Source: Balanoglossus misakiensis (taxonomy: Eukaryota > Animalia > Hemichordata). From it: DNA of 64,000 bases. Below the pieces are notes generated by a model. That model was given only the letters and a program-made list of their open reading frames with translations, was not told the DNA's origin and made no database searches. The stretch covers positions 805,630-869,629 of the forward strand of contig CM082586.2 in NCBI GenBank assembly GCA_040954595.2, in the 5' to 3' direction. A program made the translations under genes and the position numbers. This document shows, in pieces, positions 1 to 15,000 of this stretch (its first letter is position 1; each line of letters begins with the position of its first letter).

Positions 1-3000
1 ACGATTTTCCTGAGCTATAACCCATGGTTTTTTCAAAAAATCACCAAATTTCGAAAATTCGCAAAGTCGAAAAATCCGTCGATTTTCACGATTTTCCTGA
101 GCTATAACCCATGGTTTTTTCAAAAAATCACCAAATTTCGAAAATTCGCAAAGTCGAAAAATCGTCGATTTTTCACGATTTTCCTGAGCTATAACCCATG
201 GTTTTTCAAAAAATCACCAAATTTCGAAAATTCGCAAAGTCGAAAAAATCGTCGATTTTTCACGATTTTCCTGAGCTATAACCCATGGTTTTTTCAAAAA
301 ATCACCAAAATTTCGAAAATTCGCCAAAGTCGAAAAATCGTCGATTTTTCACGATTTTCCTGAGCTATAACCCATGGTTTTTTTCAAAAAATCACCAAAT
401 TTCGAAAATTCCCAAAGTCGAAAAATCGTCGATTTTTCACGATTTTCCTGAGCTATAACCCATGGTTTTTTCAAAAAATCACCAAATTTCGAAAATTCCC
501 AAAGTCGAAAAATCGTCGATTTTTCACGATTTTCCTGAGCTATAACCCATGGTTTTTTCAAAAAATCACCAAATTTCGAAAATTCCCAAAGTCGAAAAAT
601 CGACGATTTTTCACGATTTTCCTGAGCTATAACCCATGGTTTTTTCAAAAAATCACCAAAATTTCGAAAATTCCCAAAGTCGAAAAATCGTCGATTTTTC
701 ACGATTTTCCTGAGCTATAACCCATGTTTTTTCAAAAAATCACCAAATTTCGAAAATTCGCAAAGTCGAAAAATCGTCGATTTTTCACGATTTTCCTGAG
801 CTATAACCCATGGTTTTTTCAAAAAATCACCAAATTTCGAAAATTCCCCAAAGTCGAAAAATCGTCGATTTTTCACGATTTTCCTGAGCTATAACCCATG
901 GTTTTTTCAAAAAATCACCAAATTTCGAAATTCCCAAAGTCGAAAAATCGTCGATTTTTCACGATTTTCCTGAGCTATAACCCATGGTTTTTTCAAAAAA
1001 TCACCAAATTTCGAAAATTCCCAAAGTCGAAAAATCGTCGATTTTTCACGATTTTCCTGAGCTATAACCCATGGTTTTTTCAAAAAATCACCAAATTCGA
1101 AAATTCCCAAAGTCGAAAAATCGTCGATTTTTCACGATTTTCCTGAGCTATAACCCATGGTTTTTTCAAAAAATCACCAAATTTCGAAAATTCCCAAAGT
1201 CGAAAAATCGTCGATTTTTCACGATTTTCCTGAGCTATAACCCATGGTTTTTTCAAAAAAATCACCAAATTTCGAAAATTCCCAAAGTCGAAAAATCGTC
1301 GATTTTTCACGATTTTCCTGAGCTATAACCCATGGTTTTTTCAAAAAATCACCAAATTTCGAAAATTCCCAAAGTCGAAAAATCGTCGATTTTTCACGAT
1401 TTTCCTGAGCTATAACCCATGGTTTTTTCAAAAAATCACCAAATTTCGAAAATTCCCAAAGTCGAAAAATCGTCGATTTTTCACGATTTTCCTGAGCTAT
1501 AACCCATGGTTTTTTCAAAAAATCACCAAATTTCGAAAATTCCCAAAGTCGAAAATCGTCGATTTTTCACGATTTTCCTGAGCTATAACCCATGGTTTTT
1601 TCAAAAAATCACCAAATTTCGAAAATTCCCAAAGTCGAAAAATCGTCGATTTTTCACGATTTTCCTGAGCTATAACCCATGGTTTTTTCAAAAAATCACC
1701 AAATTTCGAAAATTCCCAAAGTCGAAAATCGTCGATTTTTCACGATTTTCCTGAGCTATAACCCATGTTTTTTCAAAAAATCACCAAATTTCGAAAATTC
1801 CCAAAGTCGAAAAATCGTCGATTTTTCACGATTTTCCTGAGCTATAACCCATGGTTTTTTCAAAAAATCACCAAATTTCGAAAATTCCCAAAGTCGAAAA
1901 ATCGTCGATTTTTCACGATTTTCCTGAGCTATAACCCATGGTTTTTTCAAAAAATCACCAAATTTCGAAAATTCCCAAAGTCGAAAAATCGTCGATTTTT
2001 CACGATTTTTCCTGAGCTATAACCCATGGTTTTTTCAAAAAATCACCAAATTTCGAAAATTCCCAAAGTCGAAAAATCGTCGATTTTTCACGATTTTCCT
2101 GAGCTATAACCCATGGTTTTTTCAAAAAATCACCAAATTTCGAAAATTCCCAAAGTCGAAAAATCGTCGATTTTTCACGATTTTCCTGAGCTATAACCCA
2201 TGGTTTTTTCAAAAAATCACCAAATTTCGAAAATTCCCAAAGTCGAAAAATCGTCGATTTTTCACGATTTTCCTGAGCTATAACCCATGGTTTTTTCAAA
2301 AAATCACCAAATTTCGAAAATTCCAAAGTCGAAAAATCGTCGATTTTTCACGATTTTCCTGAGCTATAACCCATGGTTTTTTCAAAAAATCACCAAATTT
2401 CGAAAATTCCCAAAGTCGAAAAATCGTCGATTTTTCACGATTTTCCTGAGCTATAACCCATGGTTTTTTCAAAAAATCACCAAATTTCGAAAATTCCCAA
2501 AGTCGAAAAATCGTCGATCTTTTCACGATTTTCCTGAGCTATAACCCATGGTTTTTTCAAAAAATCACCAAATTTCGAAAATTCCCAAAGTCGAAAAATC
2601 GTCGATTTTTCACGATTTTCCTGAGCTATAACCCATGGTTTTTTCAAAAAAATCACCAAATTTCGAAAATTCCCAAAGTCGAAAAATCGTCGATTTTTCA
2701 CGATTTTCCTGAGCTATAACCCATGGTTTTTTCAAAAAATCACCAAATTTCGAAAATTCCCAAAGTCGAAAAATCGTCGGTTTTTCACGATTTTCCTGAG
2801 CTATAACCCATGGTTTTTTCAAAAAATCACCAAATTTCGAAAATTCCCAAAGTCGAAAAATCGTCGATTTTTCACGATTTTCCTGAGCTATAACCCATGG
2901 TTTTTTCAAAAAATCACCAAATTTCGAAAATTCCCAAAGTCGAAAAATCGTCGATTTTTCACGATTTTCCTGAGCTATAACCCATGGTTTTTTCAAAAAA

Positions 3001-6000
3001 TCACCAAATTTCGAAAATTCCCAAAGTCGAAAAATCGTCGATTTTTCACGATTTTCCTGAGCTATAACCCATGGTTTTTTCAAAAAATCACCAAATTTCG
3101 AAAATTCCCAAAGTCGAAAAATCGTCGATTTTTCACGATTTTCCTGAGCTATAACCCATGGTTTTTTCAAAAAATCAGCAAATTTCGAAAATTCCCAAAG
3201 TCGAAAAATCGTCGATTTTTCACGATTTTCCTGAGCTATAACCCATGGTTTTTTCAAAAAATCAGCAAATTTCGAAAATTCCCAAAGTCGAAAAATCGTC
3301 GATTTTTCACGATTTTCCTGAGCTATAACCCATGGTTTTTTCAAAAAATCACCAAATTTCGAAAATTCCCAAAGTCGAAAAATCGTCGATTTTTCACGAT
3401 TTTCCTGAGCTATAACCCATGGTTTTTTCAAAAAATCACCAAATTTCGAAAATTCCCAAAGTCGAAAAATCGTCGATTTTTCACGATTTTCCTGAGCTAT
3501 AACCCATGGTTTTTCAAAAAATCACCAAATTTCGAAAATTCCCAAAGTCGAAAAATCGTCGATTTTTCACGATTTTCCTGAGCTATAACCCATGGTTTTT
3601 TCAAAAAATCACCAAATTTCGAAAATTCCCAAAGTCGAAAAATCGTCGATTTTTCACGATTTTCCTGAGCTATAACCCATGGTTTTTTCAAAAAATCACC
3701 AAATTTCGAAAATTCCCAAAGTCGAAAAATCGTCGATTTTTCACGATTTTCCTGAGCTATAACCCATGGTTTTTTCAAAAAATCACCAAATTTCGAAAAT
3801 TCCCAAAGTCGAAAAATCGTCGATTTTCACGATTTTCCTGAGCTATAACCCATGGTTTTTCAAAAAATCACCAAATTTCGAAAATTCCCAAAGTCGAAAA
3901 ATCGTCGATTTTTCACGATTTTCCTGAGCTATAACCCATGGTTTTTTCAAAAAATCACCAAATTTCGAAAATTCCCAAAGTCGAAAAATCGTCGATTTTT
4001 CACGATTTTCCTGAGCTATAACCCATGGTTTTTTCAAAAAATCACCAAATTTCGAAAATTCCCAAAGTCGAAAAATCGTCGATCTTTCACGATTTTCCTG
4101 AGCTATAACCCATGGTTTTTTCAAAAAATCACCAAATTTCGAAAATTCCCAAAGTCGAAAAATCGTCGATTTTTCACGATTTTCCTGAGCTATAACCCAT
4201 GGTTTTTTCAAAAAATCACCAAATTTCGAAAATTCCCAAAGTCGAAAAATCGTCGATTTTTCACGATTTTCCTGAGCTATAACCCATGGTTTTTTCAAAA
4301 AATCACCAAATTTCGAAAATTCCCAAAGTCGAAAAATCGTCGGTTTTTCACGATTTTCCTGAGCTATAACCCATGGTTTTTTCAAAAAATCACCAAATTT
4401 CGAAAATTCCCAAAGTCGAAAAATCGTCGATTTTTCACGATTTTCCTGAGCTATAACCCATGGTTTTTTCAAAAAATCACCAAATTTCGAAAATTCCCAA
4501 AGTCGAAAAATCGTCGATTTTTCACGATTTTCCTGAGCTATAACCCATGGTTTTTTCAAAAAATCACCAAATTTCGAAAATTCCCAAAGTCGAAAAATCG
4601 TCGATTTTTCACGATTTTCCTGAGCTATAACCCATGGTTTTTTCAAAAAATCACCAAATTTCGAAAATTCCCAAAGTCGAAAAATCGTCGATTTTTCACG
4701 ATTTTCCTGAGCTATAACCCATGGTTTTTTCAAAAAATCAGCAAATTTCGAAAATTCCCAAAGTCGAAAAATCGTCGATTTTTCACGATTTTCCTGAGCT
4801 ATAACCCATGGTTTTTTCAAAAAATCAGCAAATTTCGAAAATTCCCAAAGTCGAAAAATCGTCGATTTTCACGATTTTCCTGAGCTATAACCCATGGTTT
4901 TTTCAAAAATCACCAAATTTCGAAAATTCCCAAAGTCGAAAAATCGTCGATTTTTCACGATTTTCCTGAGCTATAACCCATGGTTTTTTCAAAAAATCAC
5001 CAAATTTCGAAAATTCCCAAAGTCGAAAAATCGTCGATTTTTCACGATTTTCCTGAGCTATAACCCATGTTTTTTCAAAAAATCACCAAATTTCGAAAAT
5101 TCCCAAAGTCGAAAAATCGTGGATTTTTCACGATTTTCCTGAGCTATAACCCATGGTTTTTTCAAAAAATCACCAAATTTCGAAAATTCCCAAAGTCGAA
5201 AAATCGTCGATTTTTCACGATTTTCCTGAGCTATAACCCATGGTTTTTTCAAAAAATCACCAAATTTCGAAAATTCCCAAAGTCGAAAAATCGTCGATTT
5301 TTCACGATTTTCCTGAGCTATAACCCATGGTTTTTTCAAAAAATCACCAAATTTCGAAAATTCCCAAAGTCGAAAAATCGTCGATTTTCACGATTTTCCT
5401 GAGCTATAACCCATGGTTTTTTCAAAAAATCACCAAATTTCGAAAATTCCCAAAGTCGAAAAATCGTCGATTTTTCACGATTTTCCTGAGCTATAACCCA
5501 TGGTTTTTTCAAAAAATCACCAAATTTCGAAAATTCCCAAAGTCGAAAATCGTCGATTTTTCACGATTTTCCTGAGCTATAACCCATGGTTTTTTCAAAA
5601 AATCACCAAATTTCGAAAATTCCCAAAGTCGAAAAATCGTCGATTTTTCACGATTTTCCTGAGCTATAACCCATGGTTTTTTCAAAAAATCAGCAAATTT
5701 CGAAAATTCCCAAAGTCGAAAAATCGTCGATTTTTCACGATTTTCCTGAGCTATAACCCATGGTTTTTTCAAAAAATCACCAAATTTCGAAAATTCCCAA
5801 AGTCGAAAAATCGTCGATTTTTCACGATTTTCCTGAGCTATAACCCATGGTTTTTTTCAAAAAATCACCAAATTTCGAAAATTCCCAAAGTCGAAAAATC
5901 GTCGATTTTTCACGATTTTCCTGAGCTATAACCCATGGTTTTTTCAAAAAATCACCAAATTTCGAAAATTCCCAAAGTCGAAAAATCGTGGATTTTTCAC

Positions 6001-9000
6001 GATTTTCCTGAGCTATAACCCATGGTTTTTTCAAAAAATCACCAAATTTCGAAAATTCCCAAAGTCGAAAAATCGTCGATTTTTCACGATTTTCCTGAGC
6101 TATAACCCATGGTTTTTTCAAAAAATCACCAAATTTCGAAAATTCCCAAAGTCGAAAAATCGTCGATTTTTCACGATTTTCCTGAGCTATAACCCATGGT
6201 TTTTTCAAAAAATCACCAAATTTCGAAAATTCCCAAAGTCGAAAAATCGTCGATTTTTCACGATTTTCCTGAGCTATAACCCATGGTTTTTTCAAAAAAT
6301 CACCAAATTTCGAAAATTCCCAAAGTCGAAAAATCGTCGATTTTTCACGATTTTCCTGAGCTATAACCCATGGTTTTTTCAAAAAATCACCAAATTTCGA
6401 AAATTCCCAAAGTCGAAAAATCGTCGATTTTTCACGATTTTCCTGAGCTATAACCCATGGTTTTTTCAAAAAATCACCAAATTTCGAAAATTCCCAAAGT
6501 CGAAAAATCGTCGATTTTTCACGATTTTCCTGAGCTATAACCCATGGTTTTTTCAAAAAATCACCAAATTTCGAAAATTCCCAAAGTCGAAAAATCGTCG
6601 ATTTTTCACGATTTTCCTGAGCTATAACCCATGGTTTTTTCAAAAAATCACCAAATTTCGAAAATTCCCAAAGTCGAAAAATCGACGATTTTTCGCGATT
6701 TTCCTGAGCTATAACCCATGGTTTTTTCAAAAAATCACCAAATTTCGAAAATTCCCAAAGTCGAAAAATCGTCGATTTTTCACGATTTTCCTGAGCTATA
6801 ACCCATGGTTTTTTCAAAAAATCACCAAATTTCGAAAATCCCAAAGTCGAAAAATCGTCGATTTTTCACGATTTTCCTGAGCTATAACCCATGGTTTTTT
6901 CAAAAAATCACCAAATTTCGAAAATTCGCAAAGTCGAAAAATCGTCGATTTTTCACGATTTTCCTGAGCTATAACCCATGGTTTTTTCAAAAAATCACCA
7001 AATTTCGAAAATTCGCAAAGTCGAAAAATCGTCGATTTTTCACGATTTTCCTGAGCTATAACCCATGGTTTTTTCAAAAAATCACCAAATTTCGAAAATT
7101 CGCAAAGTCGAAAAATCGTCGATTTTTCACGATTTTCCTGAGCTATAACCCATGGTTTTTTCAAAAAATCACCAAATTTCGAAAATTACCAAAGTCGAAA
7201 AATCGTCGATTTTTCACGATTTTCCTGAGCTATAACCCATGGTTTTTTCAAAAAATCACCAAATTTCGAAAATTCCCAAAGTCGAAAAATCGTCGATTTT
7301 TCACGATTTTCCTGAGCTATAACCCATGGTTTTTTCAAAAAATCACCAAATTTCGAAAATTCCCAAAGTCGAAAAATCGTCGATTTTTCACGATTTTCCT
7401 GAGCTATAACCCATGGTTTTTTCAAAAAATCACCAAATTTCGAAAATTCCCAAAGTCGAAAAATCGTCGATTTTTCACGATTTTCCTGAGCTATAACCCA
7501 TGGTTTTTTCAAAAAATCACCAAATTTCGAAAATTCCCAAAGTCGAAAATCGTCGATTTTTCGCGATTTTCCTGAGCTATAACCCATGGTTTTTTCAAAA
7601 AATCACCAAATTTCGAAAATTCCCAAAGTCGAAAAATCGTCGATTTTTCACGATTTTCCTGAGCTATAACCCATGGTTTTTTCAAAAAAATCACCAAATT
7701 TCGAAAATTCCCAAAGTCGAAAAATCGTCGATTTTTCGCGATTTTCCTGAGCTATAACCCATGGTTTTTTCAAAAAATCACCAAATTTCGAAAATACGCA
7801 AAGTCGAAAAATCGTCGATTTTTCACGATTTTCCTGAGCTATAACCCATGGTTTTTTCAAAAAATCACCAAATTTCGAAAATTCCCAAAGTCGAAAAATC
7901 GTCGATTTTTCACGATTTTCCTGAGCTATAACCCATGGTTTTTTCAAAAAATCACCAAATTTCGAAAATTCCCAAAGTCGAAAAATCGTCGATTTTTCAC
8001 GATTTTCCTGAGCTATAACCCATGGTTTTTTCAAAAAATCACCAAATTTCGAAAATTCCCAAAGTCGAAAAATCGTCGATTTTTCACGATTTTCCTGAGC
8101 TATAACCCATGGTTTTTTCAAAAAATCACCAAATTTCGAAAATTCCCAAAGTCGAAAAATCGTCGATTTTTCACGATTTTCCTGAGCTATAACCCATGGT
8201 TTTTTCAAAAAATCACCAAATTTCGAAAATTCCCAAAGTCGAAAAATCGTCGATTTTTCACGATTTTCCTGAGCTATAACCCATGGTTTTTTCAAAAAAA
8301 TCACCAAATTTCGAAAATTCCCAAAGTCGAAAAATCGTCGATTTTTCGCGATTTTCCTGAGCTATAACCCATGGTTTTTTCAAAAAATCACCAAATTTCG
8401 AAAATACGCAAAGTCGAAAAATCGTCGATTTTTCACGATTTTCCTGAGCTATAACCCATGGCTTTTTCAAAAAAATCACCAAATTTCGAAAATTCCCAAA
8501 GTCGAAAAATCGTCGATTTTTCGCGATTTTCCTGAGCTATAACCCATGGTTTTTTCAAAAAATCACCAAATTTCGAAAATACGCAAAGTCGAAAAATCGT
8601 CGATTTTTCGCGATTTTCCTGAGCTATAACCCATGGTTTTTTCAAAAAATCACCAAATTTTGAAAATTCCCAAAGTCGAAAAATCGTCGATTTTTCGCGA
8701 TTTTCCTGAGCTATAACCCATGTTTTTTTCAAAAAATCACCAAATTTTGAAAATTCCCAAAGTCGAAAAATCGTCGATTTTTCGCGATTTTCCTGAGCTA
8801 TAACCCATGGTTTTTTCAAAAAATCACCAAATTTCGATAAATCGCAAAGTCGAAAAATCGTCGATTTTTCGCGATTTTCCTGAGCTATAACCCATGGTTT
8901 TTTCAAAAAATCACCAAATTTCGAAAAATCGCAAAGTCGAAAAATCGTCGATTTTTCGCGATTTTCCTGAGCTATAACCCATGGTTTTTTCAAAAAATCA

Positions 9001-12000
9001 CCAAATTTCGAAAAATCGCAAAGTCGAAAAATCGTCGATTTTTCGCGATTTTCCTGAGCTATAACCCATGGTTTTTTTAAAAAATCACCAAATTTCGAAA
9101 AATCGCAAAGTCGTCGATTTTTCGCGATTTTCCTGAGCTATAACCCATGGTTTTTTCAAAAAATCACCAAATTTCGAAAAATCGCAAAGTCGTCGATTTT
9201 TCGCGATTTTCCTGAGCTATAACCCATGGTTTTTTTTCAAAAAATCACCAAATTTCGAAAATTCCCAAAGTCGAAAAATCGTCGATTTTTCGCGATTTTC
9301 CTGAGCTATAACCCATGGTTTTTTCAAAAAATCACCAAATTTTGAAAATTCCCAAAGTCGAAAAATCGTCGATTTTTCGCGATTTTCCTGAGCTATAACC
9401 CATGGTTTTTTCAAAAAATCACCAAATTTCGAAAATTCCCAAAGTCGAAAAATCGTCGATTTTTCACGATTTTCCTGAGCTATAACCCATGGTTTTTTCA
9501 AAAAATCACCAAATTTCGAAAATTCCCAAAGTCGAAAAATCGTCGATTTTTCACGATTTTCCTGAGCTATAACCCATGGTTTTTTCAAAAAATCAGCAAA
9601 TTTCGAAAATTCCCAAAGTCGAAAAATCGTCGATTTTTCACGATTTTCCTGAGCTATAACCCATGGTTTTTTCAAAAAATCAGCAAATTTCGAAAATTCC
9701 CAAAGTCGAAAAATCGTCGATTTTTCACGATTTTCCTGAGCTATAACCCATGGTTTTTTCAAAAAATCACCAAATTTCGAAAATTCCCAAAGTCGAAAAA
9801 TCGTCGGTTTTTCACGATTTTCCTGAGCTATAACCCATGGTTTTTTCAAAAAATCACCAAATTTCGAAAATTCCCAAAGTCGAAAAATCGTCGATTTTTC
9901 ACGATTTTCCTGAGCTATAACCCATGGTTTTTTCAAAAAATCACCAAATTTCGAAAATTCCCAAAGTCGAAAAATCGTGGATTTTTCACGATTTTCCTGA
10001 GCTATAACCCATGGTTTTTTCAAAAAATCACCAAATTTCGAAAATTCCCAAAGTCGAAAAATCGTCGATTTTTCACGATTTTCCTGAGCTATAACCCATG
10101 GTTTTTTCAAAAAATCACCAAATTTCGAAAATTCCCAAAGTCGAAAAATCGTCGATTTTTCACGATTTTCCTGAGCTATAACCCATGGTTTTTTCAAAAA
10201 ATCACCAAATTTCGAAAATTCCCAAAGTCGAAAAATCGTCGATTTTTCACGATTTTCCTGAGCTATAACCCATGGTTTTTTCAAAAAATCACCAAATTTC
10301 GAAAATTCCCAAAGTCGAAAAATCGTCGATTTTTCACGATTTTCCTGAGCTATAACCCATGGTTTTTTCAAAAAATCACCAAATTTCGAAAATTCCCAAA
10401 GTCGAAAAATCGTCGATTTTTCACGATTTTCCTGAGCTATAACCCATGGTTTTTTCAAAAAATCACCAAATTTCGAAAATTCCCAAAGTCGAAAAATCGT
10501 CGATTTTTCACGATTTTCCTGAGCTATAACCCATGGTTTTTTCAAAAAATCACCAAATTTCGAAAATTCCCAAAGTCGAAAAATCGTCGATTTTTCACGA
10601 TTTTCCTGAGCTATAACCCATGGTTTTTTCAAAAAATCACCAAATTTCGAAAATTCCCAAAGTCGAAAAATCGACGATTTTCGCGATTTTCCTGAGCTAT
10701 AACCCATGGTTTTTTCAAAAAATCACCAAATTTCGAAAATTCCCAAAGTCGAAAAATCGTCGATTTTTCACGATTTTCCTGAGCTATAACCCATGGTTTT
10801 TTCAAAAAATCACCAAATTTCGAAAATTCCCAAAGTCGAAAAATCGTCGATTTTTCACGATTTTCCTGAGCTATAACCCATGGTTTTTTCAAAAAATCAC
10901 CAAATTTCGAAAATTCGCAAAGTCGAAAAATCGTCGATTTTTCACGATTTTCCTGAGCTATAACCCATGGTTTTTTCAAAAAATCACCAAATTTCGAAAA
11001 TTCGCAAAGTCGAAAAATCGTCGATTTTTCACGATTTTCCTGAGCTATAACCCATGGTTTTTTCAAAAAATCACCAAATTTCGAAAATTCCCAAAGTCGA
11101 AAAATCGTCGATTTTTCACGATTTTCCTGAGCTATAACCCATGGTTTTTTCAAAAAATCACCAAATTTCGAAAATTCCCAAAGTCGAAAAATCGTCGATT
11201 TTTCACGATTTTCCTGAGCTATAACCCATGGTTTTTTCAAAAAATCACCAAATTTCGAAAATTCCCAAAGTCGAAAAATCGTCGATTTTTCACGATTTTC
11301 CTGAGCTATAACCCATGGTTTTTTCAAAAAATCACCAAATTTCGAAAATTCCCAAAGTCGAAAAATCGTCGATTTTTCACGATTTTCCTGAGCTATAACC
11401 CATGGTTTTTTCAAAAAATCACCAAATTTCGAAAATTCCCAAAGTCGAAAAATCGTCGATTTTTCGCGATTTTCCTGAGCTATAACCCATGGTTTTTTCA
11501 AAAAATCACCAAATTTCGAAAATTCCCAAAGTCGAAAAATCGTCGATTTTTCACGATTTTCCTGAGCTATAACCCATGGTTTTTCAAAAAAATCACCAAA
11601 TTTCGAAAATTCCCAAAGTCGAAAAATCGTCGATTTTTCGCGATTTTCCTGAGCTATAACCCATGGTTTTTTCAAAAATCACCAAATTTCGAAAATACGC
11701 AAAGTCGAAAAATCGTCGATTTTTCACGATTTTCCTGAGCTATAACCCATGGTTTTTTCAAAAAATCACCAAATTTCGAAAATTCCCAAAGTCGAAAAAT
11801 CGTCGATTTTTCACGATTTTCCTGAGCTATAACCCATGGTTTTTTCAAAAAATCACCAAATTTCGAAAATTCCCAAAGTCGAAAAATCGTCGATTTTTCA
11901 CGATTTTCCTGAGCTATAACCCATGGTTTTTTCAAAAAATCACCAAATTTCGAAATTCCCAAAGTCGAAAAATCGTCGATTTTTCACGATTTTCCTGAGC

Positions 12001-15000
12001 TATAACCCATGGTTTTTTCAAAAAATCACCAAATTTCGAAAATTCCCAAAGTCGAAAAATCGTCGATTTTTCACGATTTTCCTGAGCTATAACCCATGGT
12101 TTTTTCAAAAAATCACCAAATTTCGAAAATTCCCAAAGTCGAAAAATCGTCGATTTTTCACGATTTTCCTGAGCTATAACCCATGGTTTTTTCAAAAAAA
12201 TCACCAATTTCGAAAATTCCCAAAGTCGAAAAATCGTCGATTTTTCGCGATTTTCCTGAGCTATAACCCATGGTTTTTTCAAAAAATCACCAAATTTCGA
12301 AAATACGCAAAGTCGAAAAATCGTCGATTTTTCACGATTTTCCTGAGCTATAACCCATGGCTTTTCAAAAAAATCACCAAATTTCGAAAATTCCCAAAGT
12401 CGAAAAATCGTCGATTTTTCGCGATTTTCCTGAGCTATAACCCATGGTTTTTTCAAAAATCACCAAATTTCGAAAATACGCAAAGTCGAAAAATCGTCGA
12501 TTTTTCGCGATTTTCCTGAGCTATAACCCATGGTTTTTTCAAAAAATCACCAAATTTTGAAAATTCCCAAAGTCGAAAAATCGTCGATTTTTCGCGATTT
12601 TCCTGAGCTATAACCCATGTTTTTTTCAAAAAATCACCAAATTTTGAAAATTCCCAAAGTCGAAAAATCGTCGATTTTTCGCGATTTTCCTGAGCTATAA
12701 CCCATGGTTTTTTCAAAAAATCACCAAATTTCGATAAATCGCAAAGTCGAAAAATCGTCGATTTTTCGCGATTTTCCTGAGCTATAACCCATGGTTTTTT
12801 CAAAAAATCACCAAATTTCGAAAAATCGCAAAGTCGAAAAATCGTCGATTTTTCGCGATTTTCCTGAGCTATAACCCATGGTTTTTTCAAAAAATCACCA
12901 AATTTCGAAAAATCGCAAAGTCGAAAAATCGTCGATTTTTCGCGATTTTCCTGAGCTATAACCCATGGTTTTTTTAAAAAATCACCAAATTTCGAAAAAT
13001 CGCAAAGTCGTCGATTTTTCGCGATTTTCCTGAGCTATAACCCATGGTTTTTTCAAAAAATCACCAAATTTCGAAAAATCGCAAAGTCGTCGATTTTTCG
13101 CGATTTTCCTGAGCTATAACCCATGGTTTTTTTTCAAAAAATCACCAAATTTCGAAAATTCCCAAAGTCGAAAAATCGTCGATTTTTCGCGATTTTCCTG
13201 AGCTATAACCCATGGTTTTTTCAAAAAATCACCAAATTTCGAAAATTCCCAAAGTCGAAAAATCGTCGATTTTTCGCGATTTTCCTGAGCTATAACCCAT
13301 GGTTTTTTCAAAAAATCACCAAATTTTGAAAATTCCCAAAGTCGAAAAATCGTCGATTTTTCGCGATTTTCCTGAGCTATAACCCATGGTTTTTTCAAAA
13401 AATCACCAAATTTCGAAAATTCCCAAAGTCGAAAAATCGTCGATTTTTCGCGATTTTCCTGAGCTATAACCCATGGTTTTTTCAAAAAATCACCAAATTT
13501 CGAAAATTCCCAAAGTCGAAAAATCGTCGATTTTTCGCGATTTTCCTGAGCTATAACCCATGGTTTTTTCAAAAAATCACCAAATTTTGAAAATTCCCAA
13601 AGTCGAAAAATCGTCGATTTTTCGCGATTTTCCTGAGCTATAACCCATGGTTTTTTCAAAAAATCACCAAATTTTGAAAATTCCCAAAGTCGAAAAATCG
13701 TCGATTTTTCGCGATTTTCCTGAGCTATAACCCATGGTTTTTTCAAAAAATCACCAAATTTCGAAAAATCGCAAAGTCGAAAAATCGTCGATTTTTCGCG
13801 ATTTTCCTGAGCTATAACCCATGGTTTTTTCAAAAAATCACCAAATTTCGATAAATCGCAAAGTCGAAAAATCGTCGATTTTTGGCGATTTTCCTGAGCT
13901 ATAACCCATGGTTTTTTCAAAAAATCACCAAATTTCGAAAAATCGCAAAGTCGAAAAATCGTCGATTTTTCGCGATTTTCCTGAGCTATAACCCATGGTT
14001 TTTTCAAAAAATCACCAAATTTCGAAAAATCGCAAAGTCGAAAAATCGTCGATTTTTCGCGATTTTCCTGAGCTATAACCCATGGTTTTTTTAAAAAATC
14101 ACCAAATTTCGAAAAATCGCAAAGTCGTCGATTTTTCGCGATTTTCCTGAGCTATAACCCATGGTTTTTTCAAAAAATCACCAAATTTCGAAAAATCGCA
14201 AAGTCGTCGATTTTTCGCGATTTTCCTGAGCTATAACCCATGGTTTTTTCAAAAAATCACCAAATTTCGAAAATTCGCAAAGTCGAAAAATCGTCGATTT
14301 TTCGCGATTTTCCTGAGCTATAACCCATGGTTTTTTTCAAAAAATCACCAAATTTCGAATATTCCCAAAGTCGAAAAATCGTCGATTTTTCGCGATTTTC
14401 CTGAGCTATAACCCATGGTTTTTTCAAAAAATCACCAAATTTCGAAAATTCCCAAAGTCGAAAAATCGTCGATTTTTCGCGATTTTCCTGAGCTATAACC
14501 CATGGTTTTTTCAAAAAATCACCAAATTTTGAAAATTCCCAAAGTCGAAAAATCGTCGATTTTTCGCGATTTTCCTGAGCTATAACCCATGGTTTTTTCA
14601 AAAAATCACCAAATTTCGAAAATTCCTAAAGTCGAAAAATCGTCGATTTTTCGCGATTTTCCTGAGCTATAACCCATTGTTTTTTCAAAAAATCACCAAA
14701 TTTCGAAAATTCCCAAAGTCGAAAAATCGTCGATTTTTCGCGATTGTCCTGAGCTATAACCCATGGTTTTTTCAAAAAATCACCAAATTTCGAAAATTCC
14801 CAAAGTCGAAAAATCGTCGATTTTTCGCGATTTTCCTGAGCTATAACCCATGGTTTTTTCAAAAAATCACCAAATTTCGAAAATTCCCAAAGTCGAAAAA
14901 TCGTCGATTTTTCGCGATTTTCCTGAGCTATAACCCATGGTTTTTTCAAAAAATCACCAAATTTTGAAAATTCCCAAAGTCGAAAAATCGTCGATTTTTC

